Shown here piece after piece: positions 7,909-17,826 of a DNA stretch of 64,000 nt. Position numbers and translations under genes: made by a program. The notes below the pieces were generated by a model. It had not been told where the DNA came from. It worked only from the letters and a program-made list of their open reading frames with translations, and made no database searches. Origin of the DNA: an uncultured Bifidobacteriaceae bacterium (GTDB lineage: Bacteria > Bacteroidota > Bacteroidia > Cytophagales > UBA9547); assembly GCA_964565665.1 (NCBI GenBank), contig CAZMFZ010000001.1, forward strand, positions 6,668-70,667, given 5' to 3'. How positions within the stretch are numbered: the first letter of the stretch is position 1; the number at the start of each line of letters is the position of its first letter.

Positions 7909-9237
7909 TTAGATTTCGCTCAACACCTGTCTAGTTATTTCAAGTGTTTTATCAATGTCTTCCATCGAATGCGAATAGCTTACCGAACCTTGTTTGCAAG
8001 CCAAGGGAATGTGGTAAATGCCTTTTTCAATCAATGCTTGTCTGTATTTAATATCGAATGCAAAATCGACATGGTGCAAAATATCGTGCAAATTTTGAGG
8101 CACTACTTTTGAGAAATACACGCAAAAAGCAGAAGCATTGGTAGACAAAACAATATCAATTCCTTTATCTTGAAATAATTGCTCAAGCCCATCATACAAA
8201 TGTTGGCTTACATTTTCAATTTGCTCATACACCTGAGGATTTTTCAATATTTTGAGCGTGGCAATAGCTGCAGCTGTATTGAATGGATGTGCATTATAAG
8301 TGCCAGCAATCAAAACCCGTTTTTGAGGAATAGGGTCATCAAACAAACTCATAATTTCCTTTCTACCTCCTATCACACCCAATGGAAAACCATTAGCAAC
8401 CGCTTTGCCAAATACTGAAAGATGAGGTTTTATGCCTGCCACACTTTGGTAACCTCCAAGTGCGGTGCGAAATCCTGTTTTCACCTCGTCAAATATGCAA
8501 ACTGTTCCGTTACGCTCGCACAAGTCATACAAATCTTTCAAATAGTTTTGTTGCGGATGTACTACACCAATATTTTGCATTACAGGCTCTAGCAGCACAC
8601 AAGCAATCGGGTATCTTTTCATCACATATTCTACTGAATCCAAATCATTGAAATTCACTATATGAACACGTCTCTTTGTCATTTCAGGTATACCAGCCGA
8701 CATGGGAATAAACGGATATTCACCCACAGTCACAAAAGGGCCGGTTTGTGCCAAAGTTGGCATTACAGCACGGGCTACTTCATTGTGCCAGCCATTGTAG
8801 CCTCCCATTATCAAAATAATATCTTCTCTTCCGGTGTAGGCTCTGCTTAATCGAATAGCGTGTGCGGTGGCTTCGCTGCCGGTGTTAGTGATCTGTACCA
8901 ATTCCATTGATGGCACTGCTTGGCAAAGTAATTGCGAAAGTTCTGCCTCCCACTGGTTTGTACCCGTACCCATCAATGAGGTAAAATCGTTCATCGATTT
9001 GGCTACGGCTTGGTTTACCTCAGCATAATTATGCCCTAAAAAATGAGGTGCAAACGCAGCGTGATAATCTATATATTCTTTGCCTTCAATATCGTACATC
9101 TTGCTACCTTTGGCAGATTTGAATACAATATTGGGCTTTACTTTTCTATTTAAAGAAACTACGCCTCCAGCAATATATTGAGAAGCTAAGGCAGTTATTT
9201 CTTCGCTTGGGATATTTTGGTGTATTTCTGATGTCAT
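7909..9237 (-). CDS. class-III (PLP) aminotransferase, glutamate-1-semialdehyde aminomutase-like
   Basis: 442 aa; ...YIDYHAAFAPHFLGHN..., GSEATAHAIRLSRAYTGR, and FDEVKTGFR (PLP-lysine motif). Confidence 0.8.
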   Translation of the reverse strand: MTSEIHQNIPSEEITALASQYIAGGVVSLNRKVKPNIVFKSAKGSKMYDIEGKEYIDYHAAFAPHFLGHNYAEVNQAVAKSMNDFTSLMGTGTNQWEAELSQLLCQAVPSMELVQITNTGSEATAHAIRLSRAYTGREDIILIMGGYNGWHNEVARAVMPTLAQTGPFVTVGEYPFIPMSAGIPEMTKRRVHIVNFNDLDSVEYVMKRYPIACVLLEPVMQNIGVVHPQQNYLKDLYDLCERNGTVCIFDEVKTGFRTALGGYQSVAGIKPHLSVFGKAVANGFPLGVIGGRKEIMSLFDDPIPQKRVLIAGTYNAHPFNTAAAIATLKILKNPQVYEQIENVSQHLYDGLEQLFQDKGIDIVLSTNASAFCVYFSKVVPQNLHDILHHVDFAFDIKYRQALIEKGIYHIPLACKQGSVSYSHSMEDIDKTLEITRQVLSEI

Positions 9238-9313
9238 AAATGAAGTAAATTTTTTCCAAACCTAGTATTTTGTATTCAAAAAACAATCATTTTTGTAAAC
9301 AATTTATTGATAA

Positions 9314-9952
9314 ATGAAAAAAGATTCACAGGCTGATTTGGTTTACCAAGAAATTAGAAGAAGGATATTAATTGGCCAAATGGAGTCTAATGCCCGAATT
9401 ACTGAAGACTTTTGGGCAAAAAAACTAACTGTAAGCCGCATGGCAATTCGGGAAGCGTTGACTAGATTATATGGTGAAGGATTAGTAGTGGCTGGTGAAA
9501 AAGGGGGTTATTATGTGACTGAAATGAAAGCCGAAGATGTAGTTGAAGTTCGCGAATTGCGTGAAATAATGGAATTGGCTGCCGTAAGGTTGGCTATGGA
9601 TAAAATTTCCGAAAGCCAACTCACAGATCTAGAAAATCTCTGCAAAGATTTTTCAGAAATGGTGCAAAAGGGCTATATTCTTGGGGCTTGCGAGGCAGAT
9701 ATTAAGTTTCACGAAATGCTCGTGCATTCCTCGGGCAATGAAAGGTTGTTGAAATCGTATCATAATGCCCATATTCCCTTATTTCATCAAAAAATAGGCA
9801 AATCTAAAGGGTATGTGGAAGATTATGACCTCACTAACAAAGAGCATTTAACTATTGTAGAAGCCTTGAGAAAGAAAGATTTAGCTCTGGCACAAGAAAC
9901 GTTGAAAAATCATTTCAGAAGAGGGGAATTGGCTATATTGGAAATGTTTTAA
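9314..9952 (+). CDS. GntR-family transcriptional regulator (FadR/FCD subfamily)
   Basis: An N-terminal wHTH (...KKLTVSRMAIREALTRLYGEGLV) plus a helical C-terminal domain. It is divergent from the aminotransferase-SDR operon. Confidence 0.8.
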   Translation: MKKDSQADLVYQEIRRRILIGQMESNARITEDFWAKKLTVSRMAIREALTRLYGEGLVVAGEKGGYYVTEMKAEDVVEVRELREIMELAAVRLAMDKISESQLTDLENLCKDFSEMVQKGYILGACEADIKFHEMLVHSSGNERLLKSYHNAHIPLFHQKIGKSKGYVEDYDLTNKEHLTIVEALRKKDLALAQETLKNHFRRGELAILEMF

Positions 9953-10295
9953 ATTTAATATCTACAGTTTCTTTGCAGCATTGGCTTCGGTAGTTTGCTA
10001 TAATTTCTTCATGAAATACCAGATTAAAATTCACTTTTTCTTATTTATGTTGGTTTCACTATAAATATCTGAGCAATAAAAATGTATTTTAAACTTTGTA
10101 ATATAATTCTCACATTTTTGCATAAAATTCCAAAGTATGTTTACTTAACTGGGTCGATATAATTGGGCATACCATTTTGAAGGAATAAATTTTTTTTTAA
10201 GTAAATATTAAATACCCTTCCCGTAAATCGGGATTAACCCTTGTATATCAAACCTTTAAAAAACCCCCATTCGGAGTTGGGGATTCTGATATTTT

Positions 10296-12803
10296 ATGAA
10301 ATTTATTTTTAGACTTTGCCAAACCTTTTACGCTTTTCTCTTTATCATTCTGTCTGCAAATTCGCAATACACCATTAAAGGTAAAGTAACTGACGCACGC
10401 AATGGCGATGCACTACCTTTCGTGATTTTGCAATTTAAAGGCACTGATATAGGTGCTCAAACCGATTTCGAGGGTAATTACAGCATCAAATCTACCTCAC
10501 TTCGCGATTCTTTGAAGGCTACTTATGTGGGCTATATCGCCAAATCGAAGTTGGTAAATAAAGAAGCTCCTATCCAAACCATCAATTTTCAACTTTACGA
10601 AGATACCAAACAACTTGGCGAAGTAGTAGTGAAACGTGGCGAAAATCCCGCATGGGAAATTCTTAGACGAGTGAATTTGAATAAAGCTAACAACGATAAA
10701 CGCTCTCTTTCTGCCTATGAATATGAAAGCTATTCGAAAGTGCAGATAGATATTGACAATATTTCCCAAAAATTACGAAAGAAAAAGCTTTTGAGAAATG
10801 TGATTGCTGCCATCGATAGCATGAAAAAAGTAACCAATGATGAAGGAAAGCCTGTAATTCCCATTTATATATCAGAAACTATCTCTAAAAATTATTATAC
10901 CAATACACCCTATCGCAATAAAGAGCTAATTACAGCCAATAAAATTGTAGGAATTTTAGATGAAAGCAATGGTAATTTCATTTCGCAGCTCACAGGCTCA
11001 AGCACTACCGATTTCAATTTCTACCAAAGTTATGTCCGTTTTTTAGGTAAAGATTTCGTGTCGCCCATTGCCGAAAGCTGGAGAGATTATTATGATTACG
11101 ATTTGGAAGACAGCCTGTTTATAGGCGATAATTATTGCTACAAGATAAATGTAAAACCAAAAAGAGAAGCCGATTTGGCATTTAAAGGCACTATTTGGGT
11201 TAATAAGGCCGATTATGCACTTGTAAGAAGCGACCTTGTGATTGGCAAAGCTGCCAATCTTAACTTTGTAGAGAAAATAAAAGTGCAGCAAGAAATGACC
11301 AAAACTGGATCTGGGCCTTATCTAGCATCAAAAGTTCGCTTCAGTGTAGATATGGCCGAATTTGCCGATAGTTCGGCAGGCTTTATTGTCAAATATTATA
11401 TTTCAAATAAAGGCATTGTCGAAAACCAACCTAAGAACGAAACCTTTTTCCGTGTAGGTTTAGAAGTAGCAGATACGGCTTCGCAAACTACCAATGAATT
11501 TTGGCTTAAAAACAGGCACGACACCCTAAGCGAAACCGATCGACAAGTGTACGCCATGGTAGATACCATTAAGAAATTACCTATTGTAAAGTCATACATT
11601 TCACTTTTTGATTTGGCAATCAATGGCTATAAAAGAGTTGGGCCCGTAGAGTTTGGGCCTTACATTCAGTCTATTGCTGTAAATGATATTGAAGGCTTGC
11701 GCATTAGAATGGGTGTGCGTACCAATATGAGTTTCAGCAAAAAACTACTTTTGCATGGTTTTGCTGCGTATGGCACTAAAGATGAAAAACTGAAATACGG
11801 ATTTGGGTTTGATTACTGGTTTTCAAAGAAAATGTGGTTTTTATTAGGAGGAGATTATAGCTACGATTTAGAACAGTTGGCTTTGTATTCCAATTATCGA
11901 GCTCCTGGCACAGGGCTGTTCTATGCTACTGCACGGTGGGGGAAGGTATCGCAGCGAACACCTTTTTATATTTCTAGTTTTTCTTTTTATACCCAGATTG
12001 ATATAATAAAAGGAATCACTCCCAAAATTCAATTTAATTATCAGGAATACGACCAAGTACCCAACTTAAATCTCAGCCAAAAATTTGGATATTTCGATGA
12101 AAACGGACAAATAAAAAACACCCTCATTAACTCCGATATATTATTTGAATTGAGAATAGCTCGCAGGGAAAAATTCCTTTATTTTGATCATAGGAGATTA
12201 GGTACTGGAAATCAGTTTATTCCAATTGTCACTTTGCGTTACAACCTCGGCTTGAAAGGAATAAATGGCAGCGATTTCAGTTACCACAAATATTCTGTAA
12301 ATCTTTACCAAAAAGTGACATTAGGGAAATTTGGGCAATCTATCTATTCAATGACAGCAACTTATATTCCCACCATTCTCCCCTACCCTTTGCTAAGTGT
12401 TCACTTAGGAAATCAAACTTTGGTTTACAATCCAGTAGGCTTTAGCATGATGAAATTTTTCGAATTTGTAAGTGATAAATCTATTACACTCAATTACCAG
12501 CATCATTTCAATGGCTTATTATTGAACCGCATACCGTTGTTTTACAAATTAAAATGGCGAGAAGTTATTTCCTGCAATGCCATTTGGGGTACTGTAAATA
12601 AACAAAATCAGGATTTGGTGCCAATTGGTTACAACACATTTAATAGGCTCGACCCTTCTATTCCCTACCTTGATGGAGGTGTAGGTATTGAGAACATCTT
12701 TAAATTCGTGAGGGTAGAAATGTATAGAAGACTCACTTATACTGAAGGCATTTCAGAACAAAATTTGTGGGGCGTAAAAGTGGGCTTGGCTTTGGCTTTG
12801 TAG
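10296..12803 (+). CDS. DUF5686 / carboxypeptidase-regulatory-like domain outer-membrane protein
   Basis: Signal peptide followed by YTIKGKVTDARNGDALPFVILQFKGTDIGAQTDFEGNYSI (CarboxypepD_reg fold). The 835-aa length and architecture are typical of the Bacteroidota DUF5686 family. Confidence 0.7.
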   Translation: MKFIFRLCQTFYAFLFIILSANSQYTIKGKVTDARNGDALPFVILQFKGTDIGAQTDFEGNYSIKSTSLRDSLKATYVGYIAKSKLVNKEAPIQTINFQLYEDTKQLGEVVVKRGENPAWEILRRVNLNKANNDKRSLSAYEYESYSKVQIDIDNISQKLRKKKLLRNVIAAIDSMKKVTNDEGKPVIPIYISETISKNYYTNTPYRNKELITANKIVGILDESNGNFISQLTGSSTTDFNFYQSYVRFLGKDFVSPIAESWRDYYDYDLEDSLFIGDNYCYKINVKPKREADLAFKGTIWVNKADYALVRSDLVIGKAANLNFVEKIKVQQEMTKTGSGPYLASKVRFSVDMAEFADSSAGFIVKYYISNKGIVENQPKNETFFRVGLEVADTASQTTNEFWLKNRHDTLSETDRQVYAMVDTIKKLPIVKSYISLFDLAINGYKRVGPVEFGPYIQSIAVNDIEGLRIRMGVRTNMSFSKKLLLHGFAAYGTKDEKLKYGFGFDYWFSKKMWFLLGGDYSYDLEQLALYSNYRAPGTGLFYATARWGKVSQRTPFYISSFSFYTQIDIIKGITPKIQFNYQEYDQVPNLNLSQKFGYFDENGQIKNTLINSDILFELRIARREKFLYFDHRRLGTGNQFIPIVTLRYNLGLKGINGSDFSYHKYSVNLYQKVTLGKFGQSIYSMTATYIPTILPYPLLSVHLGNQTLVYNPVGFSMMKFFEFVSDKSITLNYQHHFNGLLLNRIPLFYKLKWREVISCNAIWGTVNKQNQDLVPIGYNTFNRLDPSIPYLDGGVGIENIFKFVRVEMYRRLTYTEGISEQNLWGVKVGLALAL

Positions 12804-12894
12804 ATATTAATTATAAAGTTACTAACTCCTTTCAATATGGTGTTAATTAATGCTTTGTAAACTAAATTCACTAAATTCGAATTAAAAATTTGCC

Positions 12895-13133
12895 ATGCAG
12901 AACTCCATAATTACAATTGATAAAGAATTCAAAATGGGCAACCAGTTTTTACAGGCACTAGAGTGCCTATCAAATCACTTTTTGACTATTTAAGTACCGG
13001 TTAGAGTGTTGCAACTTATTTAGAGGATTATCCTTATGTAAATCATGCACAGGTGCTTGCAGCTATTTTATTTATGAGCAATTGGTTTTTGTCAACTACT
13101 GAAAGTTTATACAATGAAAATATTATTAGATGA
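12895..13133 (+). pseudogene. DUF433-family (putative antitoxin) gene with a frameshift and an in-frame TAG
   Basis: Frame 1 reads MQNSIITIDKEFKMGN.. The DUF433 core continues in another frame from 12942: PVFTGTRVPIKSLFDYLSTG*SVATYLEDYPYVNHAQVLAAILF..., with TAG at 13002-13004. The shift sits at ggcAAccag, where ggcAAAccag would restore GKPVFTGTRVP. The 3' end overlaps the next gene's ATG. Confidence 0.6.
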
Positions 13134-13434
13134 AAATCTGCCCATTAAATTAAAGTTCAGATTGCAAGAGTTTGAGATTTATACTGTCCAAGACATGAAA
13201 TGGGATAGTTATAAAAATGGGGATCTAATCAAAACTGCCATTCAACATGATTTTACTATTTTAATTACTTCGGATAAAAATATTGCTTATAAACAAAATT
13301 TAGCAAATCTAGGTATTGGAACTGTTGTCTTGAATGTAAAATTATTGAAATGGCAATATATAGAGCCGATGCTCTCAAAAATCAGAACTACAATTCCAAT
13401 TATTGCTTTAGGACAGGTAATTCTGATTGATTAA
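13114..13434 (+). CDS. DUF5615-family PIN-like protein (putative toxin partner of DUF433)
   Basis: MKILLDENLPIKLKFRLQE...DLIKTAIQHDFTILITSDKNI, 106 aa and intact. The DUF433/DUF5615 gene-pair arrangement is the usual one. Confidence 0.65.
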   Translation: MKILLDENLPIKLKFRLQEFEIYTVQDMKWDSYKNGDLIKTAIQHDFTILITSDKNIAYKQNLANLGIGTVVLNVKLLKWQYIEPMLSKIRTTIPIIALGQVILID

Positions 13435-13447
13435 AATTTCATCACTT

Positions 13448-14008
13448 TCAATTATTATACTTATTCATAGCAACCGCAATCCCTTCCATACAAAAGCTTA
13501 ATAAAGAATCTGATGCTTGGTTGAGTAAAAACGGAAGTTCTTTAAATTCCTCAGAGTTAAATCGGCTTAATACATAATCCACTTGCCGCCCTTTGGCATA
13601 TTCATGGCCAATGCCCATACGTAAGCGAGCATAATTTTCAGTTTGTAGCACTTCATTGATATTATTCAAGCCATTTTGGCCACCGCTTGAGCCTTTCCCA
13701 CGCATACGCAACTTGCCGAAGGGCAGGTTTAAATCATCTGTTATCACTAATATATTTTCTGGTGGAATCTTTAGCTGATGAATCCAATAGGCAACAGCTT
13801 TCCCACTCAAATTCATATAAGTAGTAGGCTTCATTAAATGAATGTTTTTTCCTTTGAACCTGTATTCGGCTTTATATGCCAATATATCGATTTCAAATTT
13901 TACGTTATTTATCTCTGCAAAATGATCTAAAGCCAAAAAGCCAATATTATGCCTTGTCAGTTCATATTCCGCACCAATATTCCCAAGTCCTGCTAGTAGA
14001 TAATTCAC
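13448..14008 (-). CDS. pth: peptidyl-tRNA hydrolase
   Basis: LLAGLGNIGAEYELTRHNIGF..., MKPTTYMNLSG, and GGQNGLNNI motifs; 186 aa. Confidence 0.9.
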   Translation of the reverse strand: MNYLLAGLGNIGAEYELTRHNIGFLALDHFAEINNVKFEIDILAYKAEYRFKGKNIHLMKPTTYMNLSGKAVAYWIHQLKIPPENILVITDDLNLPFGKLRMRGKGSSGGQNGLNNINEVLQTENYARLRMGIGHEYAKGRQVDYVLSRFNSEEFKELPFLLNQASDSLLSFCMEGIAVAMNKYNN

Positions 14009-14047
14009 TTTTAAAATATAATTGTTCTCGGTATAATAAATAACAAC

Positions 14048-14656
14048 TTATAACTCTATAGCTTCCAATATTTCGGCCAAATGATCGAAATCTTTTAACC
14101 CTGGTGCTATTTCCTTTCCTCCTTTTAACGAATACCCATATGGCTGATACACATTTTGCACTTCATCTATATTCTCTTTACCAAAGCCTGTGCTTAGTAT
14201 CAATTTATATGATTCTGACATCTCTTTTTTATTAAAATTCACATAATAATTATTCAAATCAGTAGCCGAATTTTCTAACAATATATATGACCCGATACGG
14301 GGATAGGTTTTCAATTCATTTGCCAAATTTATTCTATAAATAATATCAGTATTATCGCCAAAGTTGGGGTCTGCACCACCCAGATTATCAAATGAAGAGT
14401 CAATCAAAATGAAATCAGGCTTCAAATCTTTTGCTACCATTACTATATATTCATGCGAATCATCGCCAAATTCTGCCACTATTTTTACTCCACTTATCCA
14501 GCCCATTATTCCTAACGCAATGGAAGGCTCTATAAAATCATCACTTTGAGAGTCAAAGCAAAATCCAATCATTTCTACACCCATTCCAGCACAATAGCGG
14601 GCATCAGAAAGGTTGGTAATAGAGCGGACATAAACGGGATATTTTAGCATTAGCAA
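14048..14656 (-). CDS. phosphoribosylanthranilate-isomerase-like (TrpF-fold) protein
   Basis: VYVRSITNLSDARYCAGMGVEMIGFCFD resembles the TrpF N-terminus (K-I-C-G-I-T..DA..A...GAD.IGF.F). The C-terminal ...GGKEIAPGLKDFDHL also fits. The position of the catalytic Cys reads Ser, judged by eye. Confidence 0.5.
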   Translation of the reverse strand: MLMLKYPVYVRSITNLSDARYCAGMGVEMIGFCFDSQSDDFIEPSIALGIMGWISGVKIVAEFGDDSHEYIVMVAKDLKPDFILIDSSFDNLGGADPNFGDNTDIIYRINLANELKTYPRIGSYILLENSATDLNNYYVNFNKKEMSESYKLILSTGFGKENIDEVQNVYQPYGYSLKGGKEIAPGLKDFDHLAEILEAIEL

Positions 14657-14804
14657 CTTTATGAGTTTGGGGTTGGGGAAATTGACCTAAGCAAAGGCTT
14701 CAAATTTATCTTTATAAATAGAAAAGTTTCATTTATATTGAACCCGATTTATATCTGTAATAGGTGTTGCAAATAAAATCAAAAAACATCAATCTCTATA
14801 TAAA

Positions 14805-15116
14805 ATGGTTCAATTAGCCACAGATGCCGACTTCGCTTCCATTGTAAACGAAAAAGAAAATGTAATTGTAAAATACTATGCCGATTGGTGTGGTACCTGT
14901 AAGCTCTTTGCACCAAAGTTCAGGCGCTTATCAGAAGACGAGCGATTTTCTAACATCTCTTTCATAGAAATAAATGCAGAAGAAAGCCCTGAAGCTCGAA
15001 AATTGGGTGGAGTGAATAACTTGCCATTTGTAGCTACATTTACAAAAGGCAAATTGCAAGAGGCATATGCTACGGGCAAAGAGGAGGCAGTAATGGCAAT
15101 GCTAGAGAAATTATAG
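14805..15116 (+). CDS. thioredoxin-family protein
   Basis: 103 aa with a WCGTCK active-site motif (Thr in place of the usual Pro) and a thioredoxin-length fold. Confidence 0.8.
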   Translation: MVQLATDADFASIVNEKENVIVKYYADWCGTCKLFAPKFRRLSEDERFSNISFIEINAEESPEARKLGGVNNLPFVATFTKGKLQEAYATGKEEAVMAMLEKL

Positions 15117-15169
15117 ATTTACTTATATTATTTAATGGGAAACTTTAGCTAGAAACACCTAAATCGAAG

Positions 15170-15198
15170 TTCTCCTGTTAACTTTATAGTGAGGAGAA
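15170..15198 (+). terminator. putative intrinsic terminator after the thioredoxin gene
   Basis: TTCTCCT (15170-15176) pairs with AGGAGAA (15192-15198) and is followed by TTTGGTAATCATTTATTTTT. Confidence 0.45.
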
Positions 15199-15251
15199 TT
15201 TGGTAATCATTTATTTTTATAATTGAAAATAAAATCCAAACTTCCCAAACC

Positions 15252-16091
15252 CTAGCTTATCCCTATCCATTCCCAAAAAGTCTTTTTCTTCTTCAATTGG
15301 TCAACTTCTGCTATCTTATCTTGAATCAGAGCATAGGTATCTTCCGCCTTTGAGGCATATTTTGAGTTCGGATACTTGTCTATAAATGTCAAATAGTATT
15401 CGGTGGCTACCAAATAGCGTTCTTTCCTTTTAGTATCAATGCTTATGTCGGCATAATTGTATTGGGCACCTATTTTAAGGAAATTCACCTCTTCCACATA
15501 GCGTGAACTAGGGAAATCTTTAGCCACATTTTCAAAACAAACTACACTCGCCTTGTATTCTCGCATCAAATAATATTGCTTGGCCTGGGCATACGCTTTT
15601 TGCTCAAGTTTATAAGTAAGCTCATCAATTAGCTTGTTGCAAGCGTCAAGATTCTTGGTTTGTGAATAGCTTTCCAAATATTGCTGGAAAGATTCTAATG
15701 CTTTTTTAGTGTTGGTTTGATCAAGCTCAAAATCAGGTGAATCTTCGTAAAGCGATACGCAATGCATGTAATAGGCTTCTTCTGCAAACTCACTTCGTGG
15801 ATAAGTATCGTGAAATTTTTTAAAATAATATTCGCTCAACACATAATTTCCCTGATAAAATTGGCAATAGGCGAAATAAAAATTGGCCTTTTCGGCTTCG
15901 GCTTGGCCTTTGAGCAAGGGCATCATTTCTTCAAATAGGGTTCCTGCCTTATAGTATTCTTTATTAAGGTAATACTCTACAGCCGCTTTGTACTTAAGGT
16001 CGATATTTTCACTCTTTTGAATAATGGAAAATTTGCTGCAGCCTGATAATAGCAGGATTGTGAAACCAATGATTACAATAATTCTATTCAT
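15252..16091 (-). CDS. bamD: outer membrane protein assembly factor BamD (TPR lipoprotein)
   Basis: Lipoprotein signal (...LLLSGCSKF) and TPR-like repeats (YKAAVEYYLNKEYYKAGTLFEEMMPLLKG...). Size and layout are typical of Bacteroidota BamD/YfiO. Confidence 0.75.
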   Translation of the reverse strand: MNRIIVIIGFTILLLSGCSKFSIIQKSENIDLKYKAAVEYYLNKEYYKAGTLFEEMMPLLKGQAEAEKANFYFAYCQFYQGNYVLSEYYFKKFHDTYPRSEFAEEAYYMHCVSLYEDSPDFELDQTNTKKALESFQQYLESYSQTKNLDACNKLIDELTYKLEQKAYAQAKQYYLMREYKASVVCFENVAKDFPSSRYVEEVNFLKIGAQYNYADISIDTKRKERYLVATEYYLTFIDKYPNSKYASKAEDTYALIQDKIAEVDQLKKKKTFWEWIGIS

Positions 16092-16162
16092 AATTGCAAA
16101 TATATATTCCTTTGGCTTAGAAAGATGTAAATGTGTTAATTTTGTAAGCTAAACATGCCCAA

Positions 16163-17476
16163 TTGAAAACCAAAACTCTAAAAAAAAATAAAGTAAATAT
16201 AATAACGCTAGGCTGCTCTAAAAATTTGGTAGACTCTGAAATGATGCTTACCCAGTTGCGAGGCAATGGAATAAACGCTACCCATGAATCGGACAATGAC
16301 GATGCCTCAATCGTAATCATAAATACCTGCGGATTTATAGACAATGCCAAGCAAGAGTCTATCGACACCATACTTAGCTACGCAAATGCAAAGCAAAACG
16401 GCCTAGTAGATAAATTGTATGTGACAGGCTGCCTTTCCGAACGCTATAAAGACGACCTGCAAAAGGAAATCACCAATGTTGATGCTTGGTTTGGCACACG
16501 CGAATTGCCTGCCTTGCTTAAAAAGTTCAGAGCCGACTACAAACACGAGTTGGTGGGCGAAAGGCTTATAACCACCCCCACTCACTATGCCTATTTGAAG
16601 ATTGCTGAAGGCTGTGACAGGCCTTGTTCATTCTGTGCCATTCCAATTATGCGTGGCAAGCATCTTTCTACCCCAATTGAGGAATTAATAACCCAAGCCA
16701 AGGGACTTGCAGCCCGTGGAAGTAAAGAATTGATACTTATTGCACAAGATTTAACCTATTATGGCTTAGATATTTACCGAAAAAGAAGCCTTGATGAGCT
16801 ACTGAGGCGACTTTCTGATGTGGAAGGAATAGAGTGGATACGTTTGCAATACGCTTACCCTTCGGGTTTCCCTATGGAGATATTGGATGTGATGCGGGAG
16901 CGTGAAAACATCTGCAATTACCTCGATATGCCGCTGCAACACGTGTCGGATAACATGCTAAAACTGATGCGAAGGGGGCTCGACAAGCAGAAAACTATAG
17001 ATTTGGTAAATGCTATTCGAGATAAAGTGCCAAATATTGCTTTGAGGACTACATTAATTACAGGGCATCCAGGTGAAACAAAGAAAGACTACGAGGAACT
17101 GGTACAATTTGTAGAGAATACCAAATTTGAACGACTAGGTGTGTTTACATATTCACATGAAGAAAAAACCCATGCCGGAGATACAATGGGAGACGATGTA
17201 CCTGCCAAAACCAAGAAGAAACGTGCCGAAGAATTGATGGCAGTGCAGGAAAAAATATCGGCTAACCTCAATGAAGAAAAGGTAGGCCACACATTTAAAG
17301 TGCTTTTCGACAGGTTAGAGGGCGATTACTACATAGGCAGAACTGAATTTGACTCGCCTGAGGTGGATAATGAGGTGTTGGTAAATAAAAATACGCACAA
17401 AGTACGACTAGGCGATTTTTCACAAGTACATATTACCACTGCCACTGAGTTTGATTTGTATGGAGATATAATTTGA
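16163..17476 (+). CDS. rimO: ribosomal protein S12 methylthiotransferase
   Basis: VNIITLGCSKNLVDSE N-terminal domain, radical-SAM CDRPCSFCAIP, and a C-terminal TRAM domain. TTG start. Confidence 0.88.
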   Translation: MKTKTLKKNKVNIITLGCSKNLVDSEMMLTQLRGNGINATHESDNDDASIVIINTCGFIDNAKQESIDTILSYANAKQNGLVDKLYVTGCLSERYKDDLQKEITNVDAWFGTRELPALLKKFRADYKHELVGERLITTPTHYAYLKIAEGCDRPCSFCAIPIMRGKHLSTPIEELITQAKGLAARGSKELILIAQDLTYYGLDIYRKRSLDELLRRLSDVEGIEWIRLQYAYPSGFPMEILDVMRERENICNYLDMPLQHVSDNMLKLMRRGLDKQKTIDLVNAIRDKVPNIALRTTLITGHPGETKKDYEELVQFVENTKFERLGVFTYSHEEKTHAGDTMGDDVPAKTKKKRAEELMAVQEKISANLNEEKVGHTFKVLFDRLEGDYYIGRTEFDSPEVDNEVLVNKNTHKVRLGDFSQVHITTATEFDLYGDII

Positions 17477-17826
17477 TAAATATTTATTCTCTAAATTGAT
17501 ACTTGGATTCAAAAATTAAAGAATATCTAACTATTATTCCAAATTAGGGCGATTATCTGTCGCAATCCATCAAAAAATGAGAAGAAAAATATCTCCAAAT
17601 TAAATTTAGAAGGGAACTTTGACAAATGGTTCTCTCAAGATTTCGGGTAATTGTTCGAAAGGGGAGAAACTTAGAAACTAAAAGACATAGGTAAGGCAAT
17701 TGTTGAAACCGGCAAAAACTATTCTGATAACGGTTAGAATAATGCCTAGAAGACCACCGAAAAACATGGTATAGTTAAGCAATAATCCGCAAAGTTTACA
17801 ACCAAATGTTAAGCATTCATCTCAAA

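Noticed and set aside
17678-17767. A 29-aa hydrophobic minus-strand ORF (MFFGGLLGIILTVIRIVFAGFNNCLTYVF) downstream of the SMR-like gene.
   Set aside because: It is too short to support without conservation or expression data, and there is no recognisable start context.
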